DNA of 44,559 nt from Nemertoderma westbladi (GCA_032718475.1 JAUCBJ010002531.1:1-44559); one strand, 5' to 3'; shown: positions 23,816-36,335, numbered from the stretch's first letter. Numbers and translations: made by a program. The notes: generated from the sequence alone by a model not told the origin.

Positions 23816-25128
23816 TATCCCAAAATAACTACAAAGGTTACAGTTATATTTTTTAGAGTAATCAGCGGTCATTTTGTCGATTTTCCCTTTTCCACTGGAT
23901 ATGGATGAATTTTCATTGCGTCGAGTCCATCATGGGCCCTTTTCTTCGGTCCTTCGTCATATTCAAACATTTGTCCCTATACCACTTCAAGGAATTTGAT
24001 AAAATTTGCACAGTATTTTTAACCAGTTTTCCGATCTATATCTATCATAATTAGACTTAAGCCTGCGTTAAATAAAGCACGGGGCACGGCAGTGATAGGG
24101 GAAATTTTAGTAGTAATTAATTGAAGGATTATTATGCGATTTTCAAGCCTAACAAACTAAAGTGACACAAAGCATCGTAATGCCCTGCCTCTCTTCTTCA
24201 ATTTGATATATTATATGATTAAATTTATTTTGGTCCGCTCGAGTAACATAACTTTTAAATATTAGTATTTTACCCTACAGCAATAATAAAATCCCAAAAA
24301 GTAAGACTTCTTATATCAGCTGATCGAGGTATTCTAGAATACAGTGAGCAGGCCTTGCATTGGGATGGCCTTGGCGTTATAAACTACAGGCCAGGCGCAG
24401 GCAGTTGGAATTTACTAGCTAATTTGAGGAACATAAATTACCCAGGGAATTTCGCCAAAATTTGAAACATTAAACATTTAGTTTAAATTATTATAGATTT
24501 TTAATTTTTGTTCCTCCAAAGCAACCCCACAACATTATTATTTTATACATTCTAGAATTTTATCTGGAGTCGTATTTTTGCTTTTTAACCATTCACAATG
24601 TTTTAGGCCTCGCAACCGTGGAAATTTCTGAGTAAATCCTGGAACTGAAACTGGCCTGAAATTAAAATTAATAAAAAAAAACGAACTAACACAAAATTAC
24701 TCGATAAAATGTATTAATTATGACCATTTGAATATAAAATATATAATACTAAATCCAAGTCACATAAAATTAATGTTCAGGTGTAAAAATGTAAATTAAT
24801 AATAACATATTCAATAATTTCAATACCATTATAATTTACCAGTATTTTTTCTGTATATTTATCAAAACACACAAGGGAATAAATAATTAGGCCATAAATT
24901 ATTTTGCCAAATTTTGTAAAAGTGGATTGCCATAATATTATGTTTCTTAGTCCGCTCGATAACGTTTGCTCTAAAAAAGAAAAAGTAAAATCGGGATAAT
25001 TTCGGGCTCAAAATAATATGCGGAAGAGAAAAAAAAACAATAAGTAATTTAATGGAGTAGGCTTGTATACTTTATTTGGTAGGTAACTGGCAATAGTGTC
25101 ATACAGTAATAATAGCGTACTTAATTTT

Positions 25129-25806
25129 GGGAACAGTTCCGTATGCAGTCGCATTTTCTAAAAAACTTTTGCAAAATATATAGGCATATATTATGACTAA
25201 TCTAGAACTAAATTACCATCGTTGACTTCCTCACAAAATTTTCCAAAAAAATATTGTGTTCTAGAACACAATATTAGCTAATTTCTGAACTTTTGCTACA
25301 GCTAATAAATCAAGGTAAAATTCAAATTAAATTAGCTATATGTTCTAGAACATTATATTTGTATTTTATTTATGTTCTAGAATAGTATATATTAGTTTTC
25401 TATTGTTCTAGAACTACTTCAGCGTTGCCATAGTAACAATGATATATGTTTTAAAAATTTAGTGCTATGTGGAAATCTAGCCTAAAAAAACGTAGAAAAA
25501 CTAGTTTGAATAATAAATAAAAATTGTATTCTAGAACAAACATATTTTTCAAAATTGATAGCCAACACGTGTTCTATAATATTTATAAAAAATTAACAAA
25601 AACTAGCTAGTAGAAAATATGAATATTTAATAAATCATGTTTTTAAAAATTACTAGCTAGTCGATTAGCTAATGTTCTAGAACACAATATTGTTATTGAA
25701 AAATGTTGCAATCAAGTCAGTAGAGGTGATATTACTATGCAAAAAGTGCATCATGGCATTAATTAATATCAAAATATCAAATGCGACTGCATACGGAACT
25801 CTAGCC
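25129..25806. mobile_element. MITE with GG...CC termini and an 8-bp TSD (Merlin- or MULE-like)
   Basis: Perfect 22-bp inverted repeat AGTTCCGTATGCAGTCGCATTT (25135) / AAATGCGACTGCATACGGAACT (ends 25800); TSD TTAATTTT at 25121-25128 and 25807-25814. Relatives at about 22130-22460 and 17185-17340. Confidence 0.85.
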
Positions 25807-25884
25807 TTAATTTTACATGACCCTTGCTGATGAAATCTGAATTATTTATGATATTAAAAAATATAGATACAAAATAAGGGAACC

Positions 25885-27092
25885 ATGCCATCATCTATCA
25901 TTGTGGATCCTTTCACAAGGATACAAGAAGCGGATTCTGATGTATTCGCAGTAAACTTTCCGGTAACTGGGCACTGCAAATGCTGCCCCTACAATAAGGT
26001 AGGATTCAACCACCTAGATGACGATGAAACTGTAGTAAACTTACCATACATAAGGCAGGGATACAGGAGAAGAGACCAATCTTGCATCTACTACATCAAG
26101 AGCATTTTCTCTCGGAACAACCAAACGTTAGTGTTTTGGGTGGATGCGATAGCGTCAGTGGCGATACTGGGTTGGAAGTGCCGGAAATTTCGCATGTTAA
26201 TAAGTGACCCTTATTATTACCCTTATTTATCAATGTGGCTTGCATCCGAGACATTCCACGTTGTTTCGGCAGTTTCAACGATGTTTCGAGATAAATCTAG
26301 ATCTATTGGTGTCATTGGATCCATGGCTGAAACAGTCTAGTCTGCCTGCAGACAGCAAACGTCACTGCACTGGTTGCTTATTTCTACTTCTCGGCTTTAC
26401 CGAAATTTCAGAAGGTTAATCTGGTTTCTGTTCCGAAAAAACTTCAATTTTTATTTGGTAACAATGAAAGGATTAGTCTTTATGTGGTGTTGAGCACTTT
26501 GGCCTGCGCTGGAGGGGGTTTGCTTTCGATCTCCTACAAGTATTACGCTGCTAAGAAGGGAATGAACGCAAGAAGTTTGCGAGGTCGTTTGGTGAATTAT
26601 GTCTGTGAGTGTCCGCAGCAGATATTACACGCGGTCGGGGTCTGCGAGACGATATGGCGGTACGTTATGGAACCATTTAAAGAAGAATTGATTGTCCAGC
26701 AGCACATAAGATACGATGTGTCTCAGAGTTTATTTTACATGTTATCCGGGCTGTTTAGCGTCACAGCAATCCCAGAAAGTCTTACATCGAATCCCCTTGC
26801 CAACGATATAAACAGCATATTTTTTTCCAAGATGACCACGATGTTATGTATCTTCTGTCGTCTCCATGGTTACTACATAGACATGATGGGAAAACTTGAT
26901 GAAAGGCGGCCGCATCTACGTCTATCTCTGGGGAACGTTGCGGCACCCGTGATTACCTGCATGTTGACCTGCGGGTTCGCATCGGTTGTCATGGGTTACA
27001 AACTAAACAAACAGAGGATTGACGAAGTGCACCAGAGAAATGAAATGCGATCCAAACGCAACAGCGTGTATCCGAGGTGTTTCTTCTTTTAA
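25885..27092 (+). pseudogene. Intronless orphan, probably multi-pass membrane protein, broken by frameshifts
   Basis: ORFs 25885-26340 and 26484-27092 plus short bridging frames within one GC-elevated block; ACCATGC start, several hydrophobic segments, AATAAA at about 27144. No family recognised. Confidence 0.5.
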
Positions 27093-27966
27093 TTTACAAG
27101 CCTGCAGGAAACTTAGCGTTGGATATTTACTGTACATAGAAACAATAAATTAATTAATAATTAACTTATTGAATTAATGTATCTACAAATAAATGAGCTA
27201 ACTGTAAACGCCCATTGATAATGTGAATATCGACTGTTTCATTTCATTGTCTTTAATCAAATAAAATTGATGTTTATGGAGTAAAAAGTGCACAGCACAA
27301 TAAAAATTGAGAGTTATTATAGGGTTACATAGAGAAATGGCGATACATAATAAAAAATTATTGTACATATTATTACACCAGAAGCTGGTTACTAATATCC
27401 CATTAATTAGGTCAGGTATATTACCGTTGTAGTAAAATAAGTCATAGAGGTATAAAAAGCATCGATGATGAGTACAAAAACTGTATTTTAGTAGTAGAAA
27501 TAAAGAAAACTGCACCAATCATTAAAATAACCACATATCGGTATCATATAAGTGCAGATAGTAATGGTAAGGGTATAGATAACGCATTGACGGCATGTGT
27601 ATGTATGGGGAAAGTCGAACATAAGTACGGTGCCACAAATAATATATTAGTCCCACGGTAATAACACCCCAGCAACGTCAACTTGAACATCATTAGCGGT
27701 GATCTAAATCTTAAAAGTGTAGATACGGGATTTAGAAGTTACAAGTCCGTATAAACAATAGAGAGTGTCTGTTGTAGATATGATGAAGGCGAGTGTCAGT
27801 CAGGTACAGTTAATGAAGGTTCGGACCATATTAAAGTATTCACGAATCCTATTGTGTTTTCCTTTTTAAACGATATGTTTGGAAGATTGTAGCAGTCCTC
27901 TATGTACCTTGCATGTACATAATCGGCGGTTGTAGGGGTTCCCTGTTTAATTCTCCCTTTTAGTTC

Positions 27967-28740
27967 CTAAAAACTGTATGCATGCTTTAAAAGAGAACAT
28001 ATGTTAGGCAATGTAAAATCAGACTTACAGAGGTTATAGAGGCTACCAATGCCTACAAATTTCTTCAGGACGTTATCAGTGTTAATTTGCAGCATGTTAC
28101 GAAGGTTATTATGAAGCATAACATTAGGACATGTTGTTACTCGACATAAAATTCCAATGTGATGTATATGCGTCGTCAAACGGCGTATATAAGCGAAGGT
28201 CCCGAGATGGAGTAGGCTTCGTAGTGCCTTCCAGTAGTAAGTTTCCAGTATTCCGATATCTGTCTTTGTGAGGCGCCCTAGTAGACATTTAATATTATAT
28301 CGTATCATGGGAATATCAATTGACCTCCATAGATGAGCGAGAGTTGTTATATTGAGTCACCTACCTAACAGTCCATGCATTACGATGAAAAGATTCCGAC
28401 GCCATGGCAATGAGACGGATACACTCAGCTAGAGGATCTGGTCTCTTAAAATCTAGTTTGTACCCAAGAAATGAGAGTGTTGTTTGCCCTGTTATCAATG
28501 TATCATTAAGTTTAATGAAAGTTATAATGGATAAGATTCTCTCAAGGTCCTCAGGGTTTCTAGCCAGCACCAATATATTATCCGCATACGCGATTATATC
28601 CATCCAGTTGCTACCGGCTGAGTATTTGTACCCAGCAGAGTCCAGGGCGTGAAAAACATCGCTAACATAGTAATTAAATAAAACTGGCGAAATGACTGAC
28701 CCCTGTTTGACGCCCCTCTTAGTATACTTGAGCGCTCAAT
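27967..28740 (-). pseudogene. Old degraded non-LTR reverse transcriptase fragment
   Basis: GVKQGSVISPVLFNYYV (about 28670-28715), IIAYADNILVLA, LSFLGYKL, YYWKALRSLL across several frames. Confidence 0.8.
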
Positions 28741-30290
28741 ATTGTCTCCAAATTTAAGAAACACACACGTTTTAAGATAGTATTTGAGCAGCATTAGGCT
28801 GCTCTGTGTGTGGGTTAATGTGGAGTCTTACAGTATATAGATGGGGAAATTCGAGTTTTTAGTCTCGCCGTTTGACCGGCAGGTCGAGCCATTTAGCTGA
28901 GCAAGTTGTGAGATTTATTAATGACCTGGTTATTCGCCACTCCGACAATCTACAACTAGCACTGGCAACCAATGTCGGTTGTCGGCTGCATGATTGTCGG
29001 TTGGTCTTAGCGTTGGCACCCCCTTTGCTTTAGTGTTCCATTACTTGTCGAACATTTGGTCCCATATTGGTGTGATTTTGTAGCTTGGACCACCTGTTAA
29101 CAACAACGAAATATCAACATCACCAATATTAGTATTAGTATTAATTTCAACATTTTATATTAATATTAACAAAATGAACACCATAATAATAAATTCCCGG
29201 CTTACGCCCCGGTGGCTATATTCACTTAATCGCAAAATAAAATGTTCGTGCACTGGTTAAAAGAAGAACAGTATGTGACAGAGGGTAGTATATGAATTAA
29301 AAATATTTAAGGAAGATGCCAAATCATGACTTTAAGATTAATATAGATTACCATATTATATGCCATAACGTTCCATTACTATACAATATCTATTATTATC
29401 GCGTATCTATTTATTAACGAATATATATAATATCAACATTAAACCACAATTAACGTAACTCCAATGGAGTCCCGAGGCAAACCTAATTTTTTGTCGATTT
29501 CATACAAATTTTATTATAAAATTGAAATATTCTGTAAATTGTGTAGTTTGCAGATAGGGGGGGGGGGGGGGTAGTTTATTGTTTTGGTTAAAATATCGTG
29601 CCACTGTAACCTGCTCCTTTCCATAAATTGATAATTTAACATTGAGGCGGGATATTTATTCGCCAAGGCGGGTTTTGCGTCCAGTTTCCCCCCTGTCTCT
29701 TAGTTTGAGAAGGATGTATAAAATGTAGTACTTATTAAGTCAGGTGACTTTTTAAGGCGGGTCTGAATTCAGTTCGTGTCTATTTTGGCACGAACTTTTT
29801 TTTTGGTTAGTGTACGTACATGAGGCTTAGGGTGTTCGTAATGGGCCGGGACACCTAACCAGGACAGGTATTACACTCAAAATTAAAACTGTAACTTGTT
29901 CTATTGACTTTCGTTTTTCGTTTATTGTTTTGGTTAGAAAAACGTGCCACTGTAACAGGCTCGTTTCCCATAATTTAACATAGACACGAGATATTAATTA
30001 TTCGAGAAGGGATGTGCGTCAAGTCCCCCCCCCCCCCCCCTGATTCAAAGCAGTATGCTTACAGTCGAAATATATCGGCGTTACTTCACAATAACACTAC
30101 CGGTACCGGTACTGGCGATTATTTGTCGTCCCAACGGAGTAATAGTAGTAAGATCAGATTTATACACGGAGACACGACGGCATATAACACAGTAAATAAC
30201 TGACCGATAGTGCGACTGAACTACGATAGTCTACGAACCGTATAATTTTAAAACTTTTTAATAGAATAATGTACATGCACCACATAAGTC

Positions 30291-31705
30291 TGTAGTGCTA
30301 ACGCGGGATTTCCTTGGTAAAGTGACACCATACCAGTGATTTCTGAAAGTACCAATGTGCTAACTCAGTAACAGACTTTAGCAACATTTAGCAACACCAA
30401 TTCTGCACCACCCGCAAGAGGGCTCAAGTGTTCTAAAGTGCTAATACCCTGTCATTGAATTAAATACACTGCATTCCGGGACATGGCTTACTGGTTTTAT
30501 GTATGTATTTTCAGAGGTTTAAAGTTTTGACCTCGAAAAGACCAAGAATAGCAGCAGTGTCAAACATGTCAAACATGACAAACGCCGAGCTTTATGGTAC
30601 AATACCACCTGTATCAACCACCCTCCGTGAACGCAGATTAAGATTCAGTGGGCACTGCTGGCGAAGTAAAGACGAGGTCATACCAGATCTACTTCTCTGG
30701 CAACCAACTCATGGAAAGCGTAGTCGTGGACGACCGGCCATAACATATATAGATCAACTTGAAAGGGATACTGAACTTGGGAGAAACGAAATTGCGACAA
30801 CTATGGAGAATCGGGAAGCCTGGAAGGATCTCATTTCCACTGTCCGAGTTCGCTCGACCTAGTAGTAGTAGTAGCAGCAGTGTGCAATAATGGGTAAGAA
30901 ATTAATTGGTGACACATTTTCAAAATGCTTGTAGCAATTTACGTTATAGCAGTATATGTACAAAATACAATTTGAGATTGCACGAAATTTGAAATACAGA
31001 ATGACCTCTCTATTTTCTGGTAAAGGAAACTTATTGCAAGGATTAAGGATTTAGAATAATATTATATAATTATGAGAATAAATTAATTATTGGTTGTGAC
31101 TATGTGCCATATTATTGAATGCTTTTAAGAAATCCATGAACTAGTTGCAAAGACATAGACGTTTAATATATGAATAGGCCTAATGTTAGCACTTTATGCT
31201 TTCTGTTGGCCGGTATTATTCATTTCAGAAACTCATAATCACCTCTTGTGATCTCGGCTCGATTAATAATCAATTTATTTCAATTTTAGTTATAAAACGC
31301 TAACATATGTTCTGGCTTGCTATGCAATAATTATACAACAAAATTAGCCTTAAAGAGCTAAAATTTAAAATATGTCTTATGGAGAAACTCTATAGTGCTA
31401 ACAGTTAGCACTTTACCTTTTTCAATAATTCTGAATCTGGTCGCTAGGGGGCAGTTGTTAATATTTGTTGCTAATTGACGTTTTTAATTTGTGCTTGCAA
31501 AGGGGTCAAAGTGCTACAACTTCGAAATGAGCAAATCGGAACCCGGAATTGTAGTGAACTTGTCTTAACAAATTTTTTTCAGGGAATGTTAGCACTTTAG
31601 GTTAGCACTTTACCATTGCAGGACTGCAGTTTGTTAGCACTTTAGTACTTCTAAAAACAGTTATCTACTATACTAACTTAATACGTGTTATAGGTTAGCA
31701 CTATA
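30291..31705. mobile_element. MITE-like element with many GTTAGCACTTTA subterminal motifs, interrupted by an RTE insertion
   Basis: TGTAGTGCTAAC at 30291 vs GTTAGCACTATA at about 31694; motif copies at about 30356, 30436, 31185, 31404, 31508, 31588, 31601, 31634, oriented mostly outward at each end. Confidence 0.55.
30561..30871 (+). mobile_element. 5'-truncated RTE family B copy
   Basis: C-terminal RTE peptide TNAELYG...RERRLRFSGHCWR...LWQPTHGKRSRGRP; (TAG)n tail; 12-bp TSD TAGCAGCAGTGT at 30549-30560 and 30872-30883. Confidence 0.92.
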
Positions 31706-32177
31706 CGATAGCAAGTCCGCATAAATGAAAGTTTTGCTGATATTTTATTAAACTTTCACAATTTGTAGACGGAATTACTAAAGCGTCAACATATTAATTT
31801 ATAACCTTAGTAACATTTTTTCTTATTATATAAAAAAAAATACTCCTAGTATATCAATATATATATGCAGTTATTTACAAATCTAATATATATATTCTCA
31901 GGAAATTAGTAATAATTTTTGGGTACAACATTATTTGTTTCAGTTACTCAGTCTTTGTAATAAAATATATTAGAAATGTAAGGTACACGTAAATCTACAC
32001 ACCAATCTAGATTACAAATTTACTGTACATTTTGTACATCAAATTTGCAAGTGAAATCTTTATAATCAAGCCGAACTACTGTACAAGTGTACAGTGATGC
32101 TATGGTTCGTTAAACTCTTGATATTACAAACATAAACCCCGAGATATATTCGAACAATAAATAAAGTTTATACTGTA

Positions 32178-33320
32178 TTAATATTTTCTGCACTTCAGCC
32201 TTGTTTTCATTGGATTAACTAATGTTTCCCAAACAGCTGTTTTCCAGCTCTCAATAAATATAACCATTAAGTAGAAATTTAATGCAAACACGATGGATAT
32301 TATATCGTTAAATATTATGTATATGATTATGAATCTTGTCCACCAATAATACGTTGATACGTCTTCTAGAACGGCGTGTGGGTTTTTAAATCTCCAATAA
32401 GATGCATCAAACGCAGTGCTTTCAATTATGAAGTATATATCCAATACCAGCAATTTTAAACCGGTTAGTGATGTGAAAAGCAACATCATTTGGATAAGAG
32501 AACGATCTTTTAACAACCTTTCCTTATTTTGTTTGTGAATTTGAGAAATCTTCTTAACTTTAACAACAACTGCAACAGTAAGTGAGATTAATACAACAAG
32601 TTGAATTATTTGTTTAATGGGGATGTAATACTTATAAATAATATCTTTATATTTTGTATGAGAAGGTGATATCTCCAGTTCTATTACACTCCAGGTAACA
32701 TGTTCTGAACTTGTTTCTGATATTATTTGACGTTGACCAGCATAAGCAGTCGCAATGATGGATTCAAATACAAGTAAAATGACGCAGAAAATTATTAATA
32801 TTTTGTATTGATATTGCGTTTGACTGATGGTTTTATACTTTATTGGAAAGTAAACCGCTATTATTCGGTCTATAGATATCATTATGACACTCCAACAACT
32901 GAGATCTTGGGCGATGCGAACTAGTGGATAACTGTAGGCCGCAAGAAACGCATGAAAGGGTGATTGACAGTTAATAAATGGAACATGCCGAATATTGGAG
33001 GCGGGAGTTGTCTCGCATATGTATTGGAGGTTCTTCAGTATCCTCACTAATTCTGCTACCATCGTGAAACTTTCCATGACACCGTCTAAACAAAGTAACT
33101 TGTAGAATAACGTGTTAAACCGTTTTTCCTTTGTGACCACAATAAAAGTGAGAATATAACCAATGACTCCAATTACGGTGTATATTACTGTGTATGGTAA
33201 TATCAATCTATCATAATAATTAATTATGTTATCGTGAAATTTGTCGTATGATGTAACAATTTCATCAACTTCTGCATCATCTAAATTTGTGAACCAATAT
33301 TTTGGAGTACTATCAGCCAT
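32178..33320 (-). CDS. Intronless class A (rhodopsin-like) 7TM GPCR, peptide-receptor/chemoreceptor-like
   Basis: About 380 aa from ATG 33320; seven hydrophobic helices; TM3 ISIDRIIAVYFPIKYK (DRY variant); TM7 ALNFYLM (NF variant of NPxxY, as in FMRFamide-receptor-like/srw-type families). Confidence 0.88.
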   Translation of the reverse strand: MADSTPKYWFTNLDDAEVDEIVTSYDKFHDNIINYYDRLILPYTVIYTVIGVIGYILTFIVVTKEKRFNTLFYKLLCLDGVMESFTMVAELVRILKNLQYICETTPASNIRHVPFINCQSPFHAFLAAYSYPLVRIAQDLSCWSVIMISIDRIIAVYFPIKYKTISQTQYQYKILIIFCVILLVFESIIATAYAGQRQIISETSSEHVTWSVIELEISPSHTKYKDIIYKYYIPIKQIIQLVVLISLTVAVVVKVKKISQIHKQNKERLLKDRSLIQMMLLFTSLTGLKLLVLDIYFIIESTAFDASYWRFKNPHAVLEDVSTYYWWTRFIIIYIIFNDIISIVFALNFYLMVIFIESWKTAVWETLVNPMKTRLKCRKY

Positions 33321-33834
33321 GTTAATCACGGTACGTTAGTTAATTATATTAATTAAATAAATTAATTGTAGTTTTTGTTTTGCCTCATAATTCTTATTTA
33401 TTTACTTAGATAGTAAAAACTTTACAAAATTCAGAATGTTAAACAATATAATACCCACCACCAGCTGACGTTACTAAGCAACAAAATATAATGAACTATA
33501 ATATAATATACATGAATTGTAGTTGAGCTGTTAATGCAAACTTAATACATGATACTCTAAAGTATTAGGCAGCAGCTTATTTTTGGCCGCGACTTCGCGA
33601 GGTTTAATCGCACGGAGCTGATTTTGGGCTCATTCTGTTCGGAATATAACGATTTTATTCAAATCCGCACTTACAATTTTATAATCTTATTATTTTTTCT
33701 CATTAAAAAAAAAATACAATTTATTTATTTATATAATTTTAAAGTTAAAAATATACATCTTTTTCAAAATTATGTTTCAACATTCGAGATTTTGCACTCT
33801 AATAGAGCAATAATTACTGGTTTCAAAAATATAC

Positions 33835-34650
33835 GGCTCATTCCATGCAAATGTCAACCGCAGTGCCAATTTTGAAAAAAGTGAAATATTGCTTCTCATA
33901 TCAATTTTCAGAACCAATATATGATGCGATTTACAAATTTAATACAAAAAACCGCATCTAAATTGGTTAACTTTCTGAAATCTGGTGTTATTCGCCCTTA
34001 CCTCTAAAACTGCAAAAATACAGTAAACTGAGTGCATAATAAGACAACCGCGTTAGGCAGAAGACAGCGTAATAGAGTACTTTTCGAAGAAAACAATCAT
34101 ATTTTCTAATGATATCATTTGCTGTCAATTAAAACAACCTTGTGTCTAAAAATTCATTGCTCATAATCTGCTTACATCATAATGTCCCGCACTTTACGCT
34201 GAACACCATGGAGTACTTAGTTTGTTTGTGGTGTTTAGTGTTATCTGGTAAACAGATGTCCCGCATTTTACGTAAAGTGCGGGACAAAAACTAGAAATAT
34301 CAAAGGAAGTAGAGGAAGTAAAGGCTAATTTATTTTCCCTACTTATCTAGGAACATCACGAAACAAAAGCTTTCCCACTAACTTTACGCAATTCGCTGAA
34401 CTTTAGCAATGAAGTTGTCAGTTGAGAATTTCAATTTCGTACGCGTCCCTCTCTTTACAATTTTTTGAAGCAATAATTCTGAGACATAAACTGCTGCAGT
34501 TTTTCCAAACTGCTTTTTTTTAGTGAACCGATAACTGGTTTTTCTAAGAAACACAAGCATTACAATATTTTAGCTCATTTTCTTGATGTACAGTACTAAA
34601 GTATGCACAAAAAGGCGTACGAATGTCCCGCACTTTACATGGAATGAGCC
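33835..34650. mobile_element. MITE with 13-bp TIR
   Basis: GGCTCATTCCATG at 33835 / CATGGAATGAGCC ending 34650, flanked by ATAC/ATAT; internal TGTCCCGCA(C/T)TTTAC repeats at about 34183, 34257, 34624 and inverted at about 34272. Confidence 0.72.
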
Positions 34651-34794
34651 ATATGGGTTTAGAGATTCGTATTTCGTTGCATTTCAATAATTATGACTCA
34701 AATGTATCCAAATCGTTTTTCTTTAATTAATATTGAAATCATTTAAATGTTTAGTAATACGTGATGATATAGGTACATCAGTTACTTATTGTTA

Positions 34795-36335
34795 ATGTAC
34801 AATGCACACATCTCCAATCAGACACTATAAAACATTGGAGGTGTCTCAATGGTTCCCCCAAGCTTGACACTAGAACAAAATCGCCTCCGCTTTGCAGGAC
34901 ATTGCTTTCGCCGTGAGGACCAGCCAGTGCATAATCTTGTACTTTGGCAGCCTCATGGAGTGAATAAGCATGGTGGACAGCCCATGACTTTCTTGAGACG
35001 CATCATAAAGGACACTGGCCTTAAAGATGCGGATGATCTAGCAAATGTCATGGGTGATAGGGAGTTGTGGCGGTGCAATTTTGTTGACAAGCCGGAAAAG
35101 GCATTCTTAAAAATGAAGCTGCAGTGCAGCATGCCAATCCTAGTAGTATTAGTAGTAGGCGTAGTATTCTTGTGAATGTGCCATCCAGAGATTTGGTGTC
35201 CTCAGCAGTTAGAGCCCAGCATGGACTCCCATAGAGGAGTACTGGAACTACTGCTGCTACTACGGCTACTACTGCTAAATAATCGGACCCTAAGTTTCTG
35301 ATTAATTCTAGGTGACTTCCAAATCCTAGAAAGCCTATTCGAGGCTGCCCATGCCTTTCCCTTACGTATTTGAAGGATCCATGACCCCATGTAACAGAAG
35401 TCGTCCACATGCTCAAGCATACCATCCTTTGAGCTTATGCTCATCCGGTCAGAGACTTGCTGAGGACTTTCAAAGTAACCTGTCAAAATTTTGGTCTTTT
35501 TGGAGTTAATAAAAAGACCAACACTAGAAGCAGCCTGTTCTAATGAACTGAGGAGACGTTGGGCTAATGATATAGTTGGTTCTAGTGATTCTGAGAGTAC
35601 TTGGTAGTAGTAATTAAGTACTTGGCAGGATTTCCTCGACTTCTGGAGCCAGTAGGTGGAGTTACCATCACTCCATCAGTATTATGATGATCTAAGGACA
35701 TGTGTAGAACATAGTCAACAACAATTATGAACAAGAATGGCGAATTAACAGAGTGCTGCCTGTTCAGGGACCTAGATGCAGCTTTAACTGCATTCTTGGA
35801 CGCTGTAGTCTGTTTGAGTCGGGACTCTTTCTGCGCTTTATTGAGGTCATTTCGGCATTTACGGATTTTGTGGTCAGTCCAGGGATTCGGAATCTTAAGT
35901 ATTGATTATTTAGAGCAGTTGTCCTATGTGGGAGTTCATGTTTTTCTCTAACTGCTGAGATGGCACATAGACAATAACTATTGGCATGTTTATTGTGTCC
36001 AGTACAATGCGCCCACTACCGTCAAGTACAATCATCAACCAGAACCTATTAGCATTGAAGGTGTCTTATTGGTCCCCCCAAATATTACACAGTATCATCT
36101 CCCCCACTTTGTATGTCTTTGTTATGTTTTAGATGCGAGGACCAATCATTGTTCGATGGCGGCTTCATGGTGATAATAAGTTACAGCATTTGTTGTGATT
36201 CCCCATAAAGGACACTGGCGGCCTTTATAATCTCGCGATTGTCATGGGAGATAAAGATAGGGTCTTGTGATTGGGCTCTTTTGATATGCCAGTATAATAT
36301 ACCATTCTTAATGCACCTGCAGCATGTTGATTATA
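34795..36335. mobile_element. Rearranged RTE family A cluster: 3' end (+), inverted upstream body (-), degenerate 3' end (+)
   Basis: 34795-35158 (+) encodes PPSLTLEQNRLRFAGHC and ends in a TAG tail; 35160-35740 (-) matches 720-1290 with deletions; 35740-35985 (-) has a PWTDHKIRKCR linker-like peptide; 35987-36335 (+) is a decayed copy of the 3' end. Confidence 0.82.

Noticed and set aside
27640-27960. Restriction-like endonuclease domain downstream of the degraded RT
   Set aside because: No convincing CCHC or PD-(D/E)xK motif could be read in the frames examined.
29575-30040. Degenerate ~345-bp-spaced duplication; similar small duplications at 41569/41758, 18355/18385 and 44372/44403
   Set aside because: Likely internal repeats of old elements or slippage; no termini or function discernible.
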